Assembly: GCA_002269645.1 (NCBI GenBank)
Contig: NIVC01000130.1
Location: forward strand, 845,776-909,775
Direction: 5' to 3'
Source: Macrostomum lignano
Lineage: Eukaryota
DNA length: 64,000 nt
Below, piece by piece: positions 26,270-40,470 of the stretch. A program made the position numbers and the translations under genes. A model generated the notes under the pieces. That model had not been told where the DNA came from. It saw only the letters and a program-made list of their open reading frames with translations, and did not search any database. Every line of letters begins with the position of its first letter. Position 1 is the first letter of the stretch.

Positions 26270-27512
26270 AACAACACAAATGACAGTCTATTAGCTACCC
26301 ATATATATTTTTTGTTCCAAAAACTACACATTAATAACACAAATGACAACCTATTAGCTACCCGTAGAGCTTTTGTCATCCCAAAGCTGCACATTAATAA
26401 CACAAATACAACCTATTAGCTACCCGTAGAGCATTTGTCATCCCAAAGCTGCACATTAACAACACAAATGGCAACCTATTAGCTACCCGTAGAGCATTTG
26501 TCATCCAAAAGCTACACATTAACAACACAAATGACAACCTATTAGCTACCCGTAGAGCATTTGTCATCCCAAAGCTGCACATTAACAACACAAATGACAA
26601 CCCATTAGCTACCCGTAGAGCATTTGTCATCCCAAAGCTGCACATTAATAACACAAATGACAACCTATTAGCTACCCGTAGATCATTTGTCATCCAAAAG
26701 CTACACATTAACAACACAAATGACAACCTATTAGCTACCCGTAAAGCATTTGTCATCCAAAAGCTACACATTAACAACACAAATGACAACCTATTAGCTA
26801 CCCTTAGATCATTTGTCATCCAAAAGCTACACATTAACAACACAAATGGCAACCTATTAGCTACCCGTAGAGCATTTGTCATCCCAAAGCTACACATTAA
26901 CAACACAAATGGCAACCTATTAGCTACCCGTAGAGCATTTGTCATCCAAAAGCTACACATTAACAACACAAATGGCAACCTATTAGCTACCCTTAGATCA
27001 TTTGTCATCCAAAAGCTACACATTAACAACACAAATGGCAACCTATTAGCTACCCGTAGAGCATTTGTCATCCCAAAGCTACACATTAACAACACAAATG
27101 ACAACCTATTAGCTACCCGTAAAGCATTTGTCATCCCAAAGCTACACATTAACAACACAAATGGCAACCTATTAGCTACCCGTAGAGCATTTGTCATCCA
27201 AAAGCTACACATTAACAACACAAATGACAACCTATTAGCTACCCGTAGAGCATTTGTCATCCCAAAGCTGCACATTAACAACACAAATGACAACCTATTA
27301 GCTACCCGTAGAGCATTTGTCATCCCAAAGCTGCACATTAATAACACAAATGACAACCTATTAGCTACCCGTAGATCATTTGTCATCCCAAAGCTGCACA
27401 TTAACAACACAAATGACAACCTATTAGCTACCCGTAGAGCATTTGTCATCCCAAAGCTGCACATTAACAACACAAATGACAACCTATTAGCTACCCGTAG
27501 AGCATTTGTCAT
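26270..27512. repeat. 63-bp intergenic minisatellite (~19 copies)
   Basis: ATTTGTCATCCCAAAGCTGCACATTAACAACACAAATGACAACCTATTAGCTACCCGTAGAGC. Confidence 0.97.
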
Positions 27513-27887
27513 CGGAAAGTTACACATTGGCCAGGCCAGACAAGTAGACTTATGCCACCTATTTGCAACGAAAGTATCTAATACTTATAAGTCTCTCTTA
27601 TGTAATAACTCTTACTATTATAAGTAGCCAATAGCACTTTAACCTACCAAAAAGTAAAAACAAACAAATATCGCCAATATCGCGCCAAGCATAAAATAGG
27701 AGTGTATTAAATATAAAAACCTTCTTTAAAGGTTAATAAAAGCAATAATTCTAATGCATAATATTTATGCTGTTGTTGGCCTGTTACGCGTTTATTTCGT
27801 TAAAGCAACACCGCACTCGTGGCAGTCCAAAGAACTGTGACGGTCTGTCTGATTTGGTGCGCAAAAAATACTATAAAACTTGTTGCC

Positions 27888-30800
27888 ATGCAGCAACAAC
27901 AACAAAACGAACTCAGCCACAATGCTGCAACATCGTCTTCGCAAACAATAAACGATCCAACATCTAATATTGCTACAAACCAATCGTCCAGCAATACTAA
28001 CAATAGTAACAATACTATCGCTTCCTCGTCGGCGGAGCCGACCGTGGTCGATCTCGACGCCGGCGCGCCGGACGTCGAAGACGACGACGACGATGATAAT
28101 GAGAAAATAATTGAGAAAAGTCCGAGCGAACGATTCCAGAAACGGAACATACGCCAGCCAGTGACCATTGTTGGCGTTGATTCCACTTATCTGTCTATTG
28201 ATCCCAAGGTTGGCAGGGAGGTGCTCTGGAACGAGGTGCTGATTGGCAGCGATCAGGGCAAAGCTGTTGCCGAGTTGGAGGTAATTTCACTTTGATATCG
28301 ATTTGGTTTATCGATTTCGACATTAATTATTTTGATGCTTTAGATCAGACAATCGTTAGCTCAGGATTAGGTATATTTGTAACTGGCATATCGATGTAGT
28401 ATCGATATTTGAGCATTAACATTGATAACCTAAAATTAATACTGATAACTCATTATTCTTGATAATTAGGAGTTAATATCGATAACTAGGAATTATTACC
28501 AATAACTAACGGTTAGTATCGATAACGCTAGGGATTATTATCGAAAACTAGGGAGTAAATATCGATAACGCGTTAGTTTTGATAACCAAGGATCAACATC
28601 GATAACTGGGGCTTGATATCGATAACTAGAGATTAATATTGATACCTAGGGATTAATATCGATAACCAGGGATTAATATCTGATAACTAGGGATTGGTAA
28701 CTGGGGATTTGGAAAGTCGGAAGACTTGGGATTAGGGTATCAATAACCGGAGAGTTTTAGTGTTAACAACAATCGCCCCCCCCCTCCCTAATCAAGTCGC
28801 TTTTCCGCAAACTGAGGCGCATTAATCATCCGTCGATGGTTCGAATCCTGGACAACTGGACAGTGCAGTTAGAAGATGGCAAATCAAAATTCGTATTCGT
28901 CACCGAAAGAACGGAGGAAGGCTCGCTTAAACAGTACCTAAGCAACTCCAAGATTAACAGTGTCATGTGGAGAAAGTACACCGGCATCCTGCTGTCCGTT
29001 ATTAAGTGAGTGGTTTCTCCATTCAGTTTTGTGGGCATTAGCTTGACCTGATTTCATGACCTTGAAGTGACCTTACCGGTACTTTCCTTTACTTGCCTTT
29101 AATGCGACCTCGAAAGGGGAAAAGTAACAATAGGTTGACAGAAATATTGACCTAATTAACTTGACCTTTGACCTTTTTGTGTGCTTGACCTTAATGTGAC
29201 CTTTCGTGTGCTTGACCTTAATGTGACCTTTCGTGTGCTTGACCTGAAAGTGACCTCGTGTGCTTGACCTTAATGTGATCTTTCGTGTGCTTGACCTTAA
29301 ATTGACCCTCTGTTCTTGACTTTGAAGTGACCTTTTGCCTGCTGGACCTTTAAATGACATTTTGTTTTGTTGACTCTGCTAGTGTTTTTTACTTGAGCAA
29401 ATAGTTGTTATAGCCTTTTTCTTAACTGTCTCCGATAATTCCCAAACGACCAACACCTGAAGGTTCCTATCAGACGCCGGGATAGTGCACGGCAACTTGA
29501 GCAGTGAATCGATTCACTATCACACTAGCGGCACTCTTAAAGTCGGCTGCTTTGCTATTAGTCAGTGCCTCGGACCGTCTAGACAGAGGTTGACGGACTA
29601 CTCCAGGGTGCCGCAGAGCGTCGCTTACCTGGCGCCGGAATGTCGCCAATCCGTTGCTGCTTCAGCCGAAAATGTTGCAGATTCTGCTACAGCGGAAGCA
29701 GCAACGCCGCCTTCAGGTCCGATGGTTCGAGTTAACCTAGCCAGCGATATCTACGCGGTCGGCCTGCTGTCACTGGAGATTCTTACCTGGGACGCTAAAG
29801 ACTCGGCTAACTCGAACGAATCGGCTACTAGTCAGCAGCAAAAGCAGCAACAGGAGCAGCAACAACAACAGGAGCAGCAGCAACAACAAGAAGAGCAGCA
29901 GCAGATTTCTCGCGACCATCGCATCGAAACGATGCTAGCGAGAGTTTCCGACAGTGTCATGCGCGACTTTTTCATTGGCTGTTTAGAAGCCGATCCTAGC
30001 CGGCGGCTGTCTCTGGCTGAGCTGTACCAGCACCGGGCTCTGCTGGAGGTGCCATCTCTTGTCATTCTGTGCGGCACTGCTCTGGTGTCCTTTAGTGAGT
30101 GTCTTTTGTTTGATATGCGCTTTGGTTGTTGTTACATTAGAGTAGACTTGGATTATTAGTTCTAAGCTAATAGCTATTAGTTATTATCGGAATTAAATTG
30201 GTTTATTTTAATAGATCGTTTTAATTAGGTGATTCGATAATTCTCATTAGGTGATTAGATAACTCTCATTAGGTCATTAGATAGTTCTCATTAGGTGATT
30301 ATATTATTCACATTAGGTCATTAAATTATTCTCATTAGGTGATTAGATAACTCTCATTAGGTGATTGGACAATTCTCATTAGGTGATTAGATGATTCTCA
30401 TTAGGTGATTCGATAATTCTCATTAGGTGATTAGATAATTCTCATTAGGTGATTAGATAATTCTCATTAGGTGATTAGATAACTCTCATTAGGTGATTAG
30501 ATAATTCTCATTAGGTTATTATTAGATTTTTCACATTAGGTGATTAGATTATTCTCATTAGGTGATTAGATAATTCCCATTAGGTGATTAGATTATTGGC
30601 ATTAGATGATTAGATTATTCTCATCAAGTAATTGAAATGTTATCATTGGATAATTAGATCATTCCCATTAGGTGATTAGAATATTCTTATTAGATAATTA
30701 TATAATTCTTATTAGATTACCCTGATAGAATTACCCTGATTGTGTACAATAATTAGATTAGATCTAATGAGATCATTCTCATTAGAGAATCTATCGCATC

Positions 30801-31635
30801 AGTTGTTTATATAATTTTAATTACCAGAGCACTTATTTTCTTCAAAATTGGACAATTGCAGTTCCGGCCGAGAGGCGCGGAGACAACAGCCGCTTACAAG
30901 AGCTAGTAGACCATTTCAATGACAAATTTGACAATGACACGGTGATCTGCAAAATGACTAAGGACGGCATTGAGAGAACTCGCTACGTTAAAGAGATGAC
31001 TCATTCTCTGTCTATGACTGTTCGCTTTCTTGAAGACATCAGGTATGCCTTTGAAACTTATATACTCGTAGAATAGTTTAGATAACTTTTCACAGATTCG
31101 AACTCAGGAGCGCAGCTTAAAAAGTGCATCGGGCTCTTAACCTCCATGCCAGTGATGTTTTACTAGGAGTGTCAAGCTCAGGACGCGAGGCTTACTGCCA
31201 AAGCCCTATTAAAGCTTGGGACTCGAACTTGGGACCTTTGCCAAAACTCAAACTCAGATCTTACCGAGACTAAAATTCGGCTCGGAAGTTTTACTGGGCT
31301 TGAACTAGGAACCTTTACCGGGCTCGAACTCGGCACCTAATATATAACGTGCTCAAACTCGGCACCTATATTAGGCTCGAAATCTCACGACCTATACCGG
31401 ACTCGAACCCGGTACCTATAGCAGACTCAAACTCGGGACCTATAGTCTCAGGACCTTTATCGGAATGGAACTCGGGACCTATACCGGACTCGAACTCGGG
31501 ACCTAAAGCAAACTCGAACTCCCAAACCGCAGGTACGGCTTCTATCCAATATTCGGCATCGCTCGATCTAAGTCAAGCCACGGCGGCTCGGCGGGCCCCA
31601 ATGCCAGCGTTAGTCGAACACCTTCGCAGAAGAGA

Positions 31636-31675
<40 letters not shown>

Positions 31676-34600
31676 AATCATTAGCTAGTTCGCTATCCTC
31701 TTCACAGAATTCGCAGATTCTGCAACACTCAGCAGCCTCTTCTACTAACAGTAGTACTGGTTCAACAGCTACTTTACCGGCTAATTCTGACGTACAATCA
31801 TTGAAACCGGCATCTGTTGCAGATTCTGCCAGCGAAAGAAGTTCGCCAATTATACTAGAAACTGCTTCTGTGTCTAATAATCTGACTACTGCTGCAAGTA
31901 GTATTAGTAGTAGTAGTATCGGCAATGAGCCACCTGCAATTGCTGTCTCAGTTTCTTCTGCTCATAATAGTGCTACTGTATCTGCATCAGTGTCGGGCAC
32001 TGCTAAGCTGTCTACAGTGGCACCTGTGTCACCGACTGCTGGCCTGACTGACTCTGGGTTGGATAACAAAGGCGCTCCGATGATGGAACAGAATCAATCC
32101 GTAGCGACTTTAACTACAACTACTACTACTACCGCTGTATCGGCACCTGGCAGTGCTAGTTCTGTCCAACTATCTGATGCGGTTTCCAATGTGTCCACTG
32201 GTTTGCTTGCTGGGGACGCTTGTGTAAGTGTGCTGTGTTTTTAATTGAGATTTCTCCTATAATCTCTATGAAATTTGTCCTATAATCTCTATGAGATTTG
32301 TCCTATAATCTCTATGAGATTTGTCCTATAATCTCTATGAGATTTGTCCTATAATCTCTATGAGATTTGTCCTATAATCTCTATGAGATTTGTCCTATAA
32401 TCTCTATGAGATTTGTCCTATAATCTCTATGAGATTTGTCCTATAATCTCTATGAGATTTATCATGTAATCTCTATGAGAATTGCCCTGTAATCTCTATG
32501 AGAATCGCCCTGTAATCCCCATGAGAATCGACCTGTAATCTCTATGAGAATCGCCCTGTAATCTCTATGAGAATTGCCCTGTAATCTCCATGAGAATCGC
32601 CCTGTAATCTCCATGAGAATCGCCCTGTAATCTCTATGAGAATCGCCCTGTAATCCCCATGAGAATCGCCCTGTAATCCCCATGAGAATTGCCCTGTAAT
32701 CTCTATGAGAATTGCCCTGTAATCTCCATGAGAATTGCCCTGTAATCTCTATGAGAATCGCCCTGTAATCCCCATGAGAATCGACCTGTAATCTCTATGA
32801 GAATCGCCCTGTAATCTCTATGAGAATTGCCCTGTAATCTCCATGAGAATCGCCCTGTAATCTCCATGAGAATCGCCCTGTAATCTCTATGAGAATCGCC
32901 CTGTAATCCCCATGAGAATCGCCCTGTAATCCCCATGAGAATCGCCCTGTAATCTCTATGAGAATTGCCCTGTAATCTCCATGAGAATTGCCCTGTAATC
33001 TCTATGAGAATCGCCCTGTAATCTCTATGAGAATCGCCTAACTCAGTCTCGAACCTGGGATTCATAGGTCTCCCCAATGGCGCATCAGCTGTTAACAATG
33101 GTTCCGAGTCGACTCTTAATACCCCAGATGAAGCTGCTCAGCAGCAGCAGGAGCCAACCAAGCTGGACTTATTCGGCGATTACGACGATGAAGAGGACAG
33201 CATCCTAGTTGTTGACAACGAGAATCACGAGCCGCCGACTAAACAGATCACTAGTCGAGCACAGTTCATAGACGTTTACATCATCTACATCGGCTTAGGG
33301 AGGTGGGACGTCCACGTTCGACTGTGGTTTGGCAAAGAGAACATAATGAGAAATGCGCATTGTCAGTTTGTCGAGTCCGAATACAGCGACTTGGATTATT
33401 TGACCACTTTTATGATTGACGAGGTGAGTTGAAACGTTGTAGGCTCATTTCTTTAAGTTGCTGTGTGTTTTGCCTAGAACTCAAGATATCAAAGAACTCA
33501 AGAACTCAAAAATCCCATCCTAAAAATATAAATAATCCCTAACGAAAAACTGTAAAGATCCCCAACGAAGAATCCTAGGATCCCCACTCCATGAATCCCA
33601 CAATCCCTGCCCCATTAATCCCAAGTTCCCCATGCAAAAATTTCAAGATCCCCACTAAACAATCCCCAGATCCTCAACGAAAAATCCCAAGATCCCGACT
33701 CCATGAATCCCAAGATCCCCACTCCATGAATCCCAAGATCCCTACTCCATGAATCCCAAGATCCCCACTCCATGAATCCCAAGATCCCAATTCCATAAAT
33801 CCCAAGATCCCCATTCCATAAATCCCAAGATCCCCATTCCATAAATCCCAAGATCCCCATTCCATGAATCCCAAGATCCCAATTCCATAAATCCCAAGAT
33901 ACCGCTCCATAAATCCAAAGATCCCCATTTCATAAATCCCAAGATCGCCATTCCATAAATCCCAAGATATCCAATTCCATAAATCCCAAGATCCCCACTC
34001 CATAAATCCCAAGATCCCAATTCCATAAATCCCAAGATCCCCATTCCATAAATCCCAAGATCCCCACTCCATAAATCCCAAGATCCCAATTCCATGAATT
34101 CCAAGATCCCCATTCCATAAATCTCAAGATCCCGCTCCATTAATCCCAAGATCCCCATTACATAAATCCCAAGATCCCCACTCCATAAATCCCAAGATCC
34201 CAATTCCATAAATCCCAAGATCCCCACTCCATAAATCCCAAGATCCCAATTCCATAAATCCCAAGATCCCCATTCCATAAATCCCAAGATCCCCACTCCA
34301 TAAATCCCAAGATCCCCATTCCATGAATTCCAAGATCCCCATTCCATAAATCTCAAGATCCCGCTCCATAAATCCCAAGATCCCCATTCCATAAATCCCA
34401 AGATCCCCACTCCATAAATCCCAAGATCCCCATTCCATAAATCCCAAGATCCCCACTCCATAAATCCCAAGATCCCCATTCCATGAATTCCAAGATCCCC
34501 ATTCCATAAATCCCAAGATCCCCATCCCCAAACGCAAGTCTGTTAGCTTGCGTTTATTTTTTTATTCTCAAAGTATCCACTGCACCTTCTTTACTTTTTT

Positions 34601-37600
34601 CGCAGCGTAGTTTTGTTATTTTGTTTTTGCAATTTAATTATATTTATTGTTACTCGACTATTCTCGCGCGTAATTTCGTTGCTCTCACTACACTGCGTAA
34701 GTGCACTGAGTTGCTTTTGTTTTAATTTTATTTCTCCTGTTGGTTGCTTTTAACTATGATTTCCTATTTATCTAAGGTGCTGTCAGTTTTCGAGAATTTT
34801 TTGGGATATTCATAGATAATTGGTGCGGGTTGGTAACTTATATTCAGTATTCAAAATCGCTATTGTTTGGTAGCGTTGAACTTAAAAACGATCTTAATGT
34901 GTAAGGGACAGTAAATCCGTATCATATTCCGATTGCTTTCATCTTTTTCGTATTTAAAGAGTCTAAAATTTTCGCTTAAACCACAAAAAATATTCTTGAC
35001 CCATTTTATGAGCAACTAAATAGTCTTCTCTTGCTTATCTTATTGTGCTGACCCAGTGAAAAGAATCTTGACCCATTGTTATCACCCCACTGAATAGTAT
35101 CTTGACTCATTGTCATGACCCACTGAATAGTATCTTAACCCATTGTCATGACCCACTGAAGTGTACCTTGACCCATTGTCATGACCCACTGAATAGTATC
35201 TTGACTCATTGTCATGACCCACTGAATGGTATCTTGACCCATTGTCATGACCCACTGAATGGTATCTTGACCCATTGTCATGACCCACTGAATAGTATCT
35301 TGACCCATTGTCATGACCCACTGAATGGTATCTTGACCCATTGTCATGACCCACTGAATGGTATCTTGACCCATTGTCATGACCCACTGAATAGTATCTT
35401 GACTCATTGTCATGACCCACTGAATAGTATCTTGACCCATCGTCATGACCCACTGAAGTGTACCTGACCCATTGTCATGACCCATTGGATTGTACCTTGA
35501 CCCATTGTCATGACCCACTGAAGTGTACCTTAACCCATTGTCATGACCCACTGAATAGTATCTTAACCCATTGTCATGACCCACTGAATAGTAACTTGAC
35601 CCATTGTCATGACCCACTGAAGTGTAACTTGACCCATTGTCATGACCCACTGAATAGTATCTTGACCCATTGTCATGACCCACTGAAGTGTACCTGACCC
35701 ATTGTCATGACCCACTGAAGTGTACCTTAACCCATTGTCATGACCCACTGAAGTGTACCTGACCCATTGTCATGACCCATTGGAGTGTACCTTGACCCAT
35801 TGTCATGACCCACTGAAGTGTACCTTAACCCATTTTCATGACCCACTGAATAGTAACTTGACCCATTGTCATGACCCACTGAAGTGTAACTTGACCCATT
35901 GTCATGACCCATTGGATTGTACCTTGACCCATTGTCATGACCCACTGAAGTGTACCTGACCCATTGTCATGACCCATTGGAGTGTACCTTGACCCATTGT
36001 CATGACCCACTGAAGTGTACCTGACCCATTGTCATGACCCATTGGAGTGTACCTTGACCCATTGTCATGACCCACTGAATAGTATCTTAACCCATTGTCA
36101 TGACCCACTGAATAGTAACTTGACCCATTGTCATGACCCACTGAAGTGTACCTGACCCATTGTCATGACCCATTGGATTGTACCTTGACCCATTGTCATG
36201 ACCCATGGATTGTACCTTGACCCATTGTCATGACCCACTGAAGTGTACCTTGACCCATTGTCATGACCCACTGAAGTGTAACTTGACTTATTGTCATGAC
36301 CCACTGAAGTGTACCTTGACCCATTGTCATGACCCACTGAAGTGTACCTTAACCCATTGTCATGACCCACTGAAGTGTACCTGACCCATTGTCATGACCC
36401 ACTGAAGTGTAACTTGACCCGCTATCATGAAATATTAAAGAATCCTTACCTGGCAGTAGCATCAAATCTTAGTAGTGTCATCCCAGCTCCATGGTCAGTG
36501 TACTTTACCTCGCTCCCCCGTTCTGGCGAATAATTCCGCAGGTGTCCGTGTGCAGTCCGGAAGATCGCGCCGAGCTGCACCGTCGCCTGGCCCTGGCCTA
36601 CGCCGGCCATCCGACCGTATTCGGTTACATTCAGCGCTATCGTCAGCTCTGCCGCAAGATGGGCTGGCCTGAGCCGCACAAAGACTACGAATCTGCCGTA
36701 CAGCGCGCTATTAGTCGCAGTCTTGCTACGGACTGTGGCAGCGGCAGCGGCGGAGGTCACAACGATGATCCTGCGCCGGCTACAGAGCAAACGACAACCA
36801 CCGCAGCGACTTCGTCGGTAGCCGCGTCCGCCGTGACAATCGCTAATAGTACATCCGGAGCCGCTGCTCATCTGCAACAGCAGGCTGTTGTTGCTGGCAT
36901 TGGTTGGTGCTGCTTGATGAAGACTCTGGATAGTCAGTTTGCACTTTTGAAGCTCTAGACAGCCAGTTTGTACTTTAGCAGCCCTAGATGGTCATTTTGC
37001 ACTCTTGAAACTCTAAACAGCCAGTTTGTACTTTAGGAGCCCTAGATGGTCATTTTGCACTTTTGAAACTCTAAACAGCCAGTTTGTACTTTAGGAGCCC
37101 TAGATGGTCATTTTGCACTTTTGAAACTAAACAGCCAGTTTGTACTTTAGGAGCCCTAGAAACTCTAAACAGCCAGTTTGTACTTTAGGAGCCCTAGATG
37201 GTCATTTTGCACTTTTGAAACTCTAAACAGCCAGTTTGTACTTTAGGAGCCCTAGATGGTCATTTTGTACTTTTGAAACCCTGTGTAATCAGTTTGTGCA
37301 TCTCGTAGATGGAAAGTTTTACTTTTGGAACCCTAGATGACCAGTTTGTACTTTTTAGAGGGCCCTAAATAATCCGTATTTTATTGTACCCCTACCCGGT
37401 AAAAAGTAAGGCCATTGAATGGTCAGTTTTTACTTTAGGAACCCTAGATTGTAGCTTTGTACTTTTGGCACCATATTTCTTAAAAGTACTTTTAGGGTTG
37501 TACTTTAGGACCCTATACGTGGTTTGATTGTACTTTTAGGGACCATAGATACTAAAAATGAATGTTCTCAACCCTCTCTGTAAACCAGGTGGCGGCGGCG

Positions 37601-40470
37601 GCGGCGGCTGGGAGTTGGATCCCAACGTGCTTAATGAGAAGTTGCTCCTGCTCAGAGAGACCGCCGTGGCAGCCGCAGCCGCCGCACAGAAGTCTCCAAC
37701 TAAAGAAGAGTTGCCAATTCTTGAAACTGTCGATAGAGCTGACACCGCAGATAGCGAACCAGCCGCACTAGGAGCACCAGAAGCAGAAGAAAAAGCGGGC
37801 ACAAAAGTGACGGAAGAGACTGCAACCGACGATGCGGCACTGCTGCCGTGCATCACCGACAATCACAGCTGCCAGCTGATGGTGAGGCTGTTAGACTCGA
37901 GTGTCTCCCTGTTTGACTCGAGTGTCTCCCTGTTAGACTCGAGTGTCTCCCTGTTAGACTCGAGTGTCTCCATGTTAGACTCGAGTGTCTCCCTGTTAGA
38001 CTCGAGTGTCTCCCTGTTAGACTCGAGTGTCTCCCTGTCAGACTCGAGTATCTCCCTGTTAGACTCGAGTGTCTCCCTGTTAGACTCGAGTGTCTCCCTG
38101 TTAGACTCGAGTGTCTCCCTGTTAGACTCGAGTGTCTCCCTGTCAGACTCGAGTATCTCCCTGTTAGACTCGAGTGTCTCCCTGTTAGACTCGAGTGTCT
38201 CCCTGTTAGACTCGAGTGTCTCCCTGTTAGACTCGAGTATCTCCCTGTTAGACTCGAGTATCTCCCTGTTAGACTCGAGTGTCTCCCTGTTAGACTCGAG
38301 TGTCTCCCTGTTAGACTCGAGTGTCTCCCTGTTAGACTCGAGTATCTCCCTGTTAGACTCGAGTGTCTCCCTGTTAGACTGGAGTATCTCCCTGTTATAC
38401 TGGAGTATCTGCCTGTCACACTGGAGTATCGCATATCGCCCTATCGCAGGCGGTCCAGCCGGAGAGCTCAGCAGCCGTGGACTGGGAGACAGACCGGCAG
38501 GAGTTGCAGCAGCTCAAAGATCGCCTGTTCGATTTGTCGGCCGCCAGAGAGCGGGAAAGATTTCGCAAATATCCGCAGGATTTTTATCCCGGAGCTGGCG
38601 GCCAGGCGCAGCAGCAGCTCCATCAGCAGCAGCAGCATTCCTACAGTCAGCTGATGCGGCAGCAGCGAAGCAGACGGAAGCAGCGATCTCGAGCTGACAG
38701 CGAACCGCCTGAGGCTGCCGACTTCACCGGAGCGGCCGCTGCTACGGCTGAAGCGCCGCCGCCTGCTGCAAACGAAGAGGTTGCTGGTGGATTGGCCACA
38801 GCGGCAGCTGCGTCGGAGTCCACGGACGAGCGTCGTTCCGCGTCATCGAATAGAGGGGTGAGTTTTTTTGTCGTTTTGATGGAATTTTCCAATTCTCTTG
38901 GCTTTGGGGTCAGTGGAATTTTCCATTTCTCTTGGCTTTGAGGTCAGTGGAATTTTCCATTTCTCTTGGTTTTGAGGTCAGTGGAATTTTCCATTTCTCT
39001 TGGTTTTGAGGTCAGTGGAATTTTTCCATTTCTCTTTGTTTTGAGGTCAGTGGAATTTTCCATTTCTCTTGGCTTTGGGGTCAGTGGAATTTTCCATTTC
39101 TCTTGGTTTTGGGGTCAGTGGAATTTTCCAATTCTCTTGGTTTTGAGGTCAGTGGAATTTTCCATTTCTCTTGGTTTTGAGGTCAGTGGAATTTTCCATT
39201 TCTCTTGGTTTTGAGGTCAGTGGAATTTTCCATTTCTCTTTGTTTTGAGGTCAGTGGAATTTTCCATTTCTCTTGGCTTTGGGGTCAGTGGAATTTTCCA
39301 TTTCTCTTGGTTTTGGGGTCAGTGGAATTTTCCAATTCTCTTGGGTTTGGGGTCAGTGGAATTTTCCATTTCTCTTCGTTTTGAGGTCAGTGGAATTTTC
39401 CATTTCTCTTGGTTTTGAGGTCAGTGGAATTTTCCATTTCTCTTGGCTTTGGGGTCAGTGGAATTTTCCATTTCTCTTGGTTTTGGGGTCAGTGGAATTT
39501 TCCAATTCTCTTGGGTTTGGGGTCAGTGGAATTTTCCAATTCTCTTGGGTTTGGGGTCAGTGGAATTTTCCATTTCTCTTGGCTTTGGGGTCAGTGGAAT
39601 TTTCCATTTCTCTTGGCTTTGGGACCAGTGGAATTTTCCATATCTTTCAACTTCGCTCCCATTCAGGTCATGTCGGATGGCGAGTCGGGTGTCGACGCTG
39701 TCGCTGCCGTATCTGCCGCCGCAGGCAGCCAGCGCACCTCCGGCCTGGCGCTGTCCGTAACGCCCAGACCGGAGGTGCCGCCGAACCCAATCCACTGGGG
39801 CTGCTCCCACGACTGCCGGCGCTACCGCCATTGCCGTTGGCACGATCGAAACGATTATTTAAACAAATCCTACCTGCCGCCCTACCTGATCTCCCGCTGC
39901 TATCACTGCCGCGAACAGTCAGCTAAAGAGTGCGGCATCAGCGCCTTCATGCTGTGGTTTCTGCACCTGCAGCACCAGATTCCCTATCCGTATTTCCTGC
40001 AGCAGCGGCTGCGCTACCCGCCTGGCCGGGTTGGCGAGGCCGAGATTCGCTACGAGATGCGGCACCGCGGCAGGCAGCCGTGCACCTGTCTGCGCGACCG
40101 GGCCACGGGACGGCCGCTGGTGATGCCGCCCTGCACGGAGTTCCCCGAGGATTACCTACCGGATGAGGAGTTCGCCGCCCAGCTAGCGGCGCAGTTTCCT
40201 TGGGCTGATAAAGACAATAAGGATAATTATGATGACGCTGAGGCGGCTACTGAGCGATGCTGGATTCAGCGAATGCTGTCGGCCGGGGATGTGCCACTTC
40301 CGGCTAGGCGGCGCAGCACTTCCGGCGATTGCGAATGCGAGCCTTCTGATGCCGCTGATGATGGTGCTGATGACACTGGACAGGTTGTCGAAGTTGGAGA
40401 GAAACGTCAAGATGTCCTTGACGCCGACGCGTCCGCAGTCACGACTGCGCAAGTGGCCAGTTCCGGTTGA
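27888..40470 (+). CDS. NRBP1: Nuclear receptor-binding protein (NRBP/Madm) pseudokinase with long C-terminal extension (~1434 aa model)
   Basis: Exons 27888-28280, 28797-29005, 29463-30094, 30862-31042, 31533-~32200, 33068-33423, 36542-36902, 37589-37881, 38450-38857, 39667-40470 (4305 nt, in frame). NRBP motifs: acidic stretch + IIEKSPSERFQKR, EVLWNEV, IVHGNL, DIYAVG, HRALLEVPSL, FLEDIRYGFYP, CSPEDRAEL. Inclusion of exons 8-10 in the same transcript is inferred from phases. Confidence 0.8.
28380..31520. repeat. Four separate intronic repeat patches in NRBP introns 1-4 (ATCGATAACT; GACCTT; 22-bp CTCATTAGGTGATTAGATAATT at 30220-30790; ACTCGAACTCGGGACC)
   Basis: Directly visible, mostly degenerate; interspersed with exons 2-4. 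Confidence 0.75.
32260..33040. repeat. 23-bp intronic minisatellite with two variant domains
   Basis: CTATAATCTCTATGAGATTTGTC to ~32460, then CTGTAATCTCTATGAGAATCGCC. Confidence 0.95.
33560..34525. repeat. 23-bp intronic minisatellite ATCCCAAGATCCCCA(C/T)TCCATAA
   Basis: Directly visible. Confidence 0.95.
35062..36425. repeat. 33-bp intronic minisatellite TGACCCATTGTCATGACCCACTGAATAGTATCT
   Basis: Directly visible. Confidence 0.95.
36945..37520. repeat. ~58-bp intronic repeat, degenerating 3'
   Basis: AAACTCTAAACAGCCAGTTTGTACTTTAGGAGCCCTAGATGGTCATTTTGCACTTTTG. Confidence 0.85.
37888..38430. repeat. 21-bp intronic minisatellite CTGTTAGACTCGAGTGTCTCC
   Basis: Directly visible; fills the intron almost completely. 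Confidence 0.97.
38880..39640. repeat. 34-bp intronic minisatellite GAGGTCAGTGGAATTTTCCATTTCTCTTGGTTTT
   Basis: Directly visible. Confidence 0.97.

Noticed and set aside
26394-27527. 377-aa minus-strand ORF with a 21-aa repeat
   Set aside because: A 63-bp unit divisible by 3 stays open by chance; no unique domain or start context
28838-28848. GGTTCGAATCC (tRNA T-loop/B-box match)
   Set aside because: Lies inside NRBP coding exon 2; no cloverleaf or A-box
33615-39926. Repeat-derived ORFs (GILGFMEW, THCHDPL, LLDSSVS, SVEFSISLG)
   Set aside because: All map onto intronic minisatellites flanked by canonical splice sites of the NRBP gene
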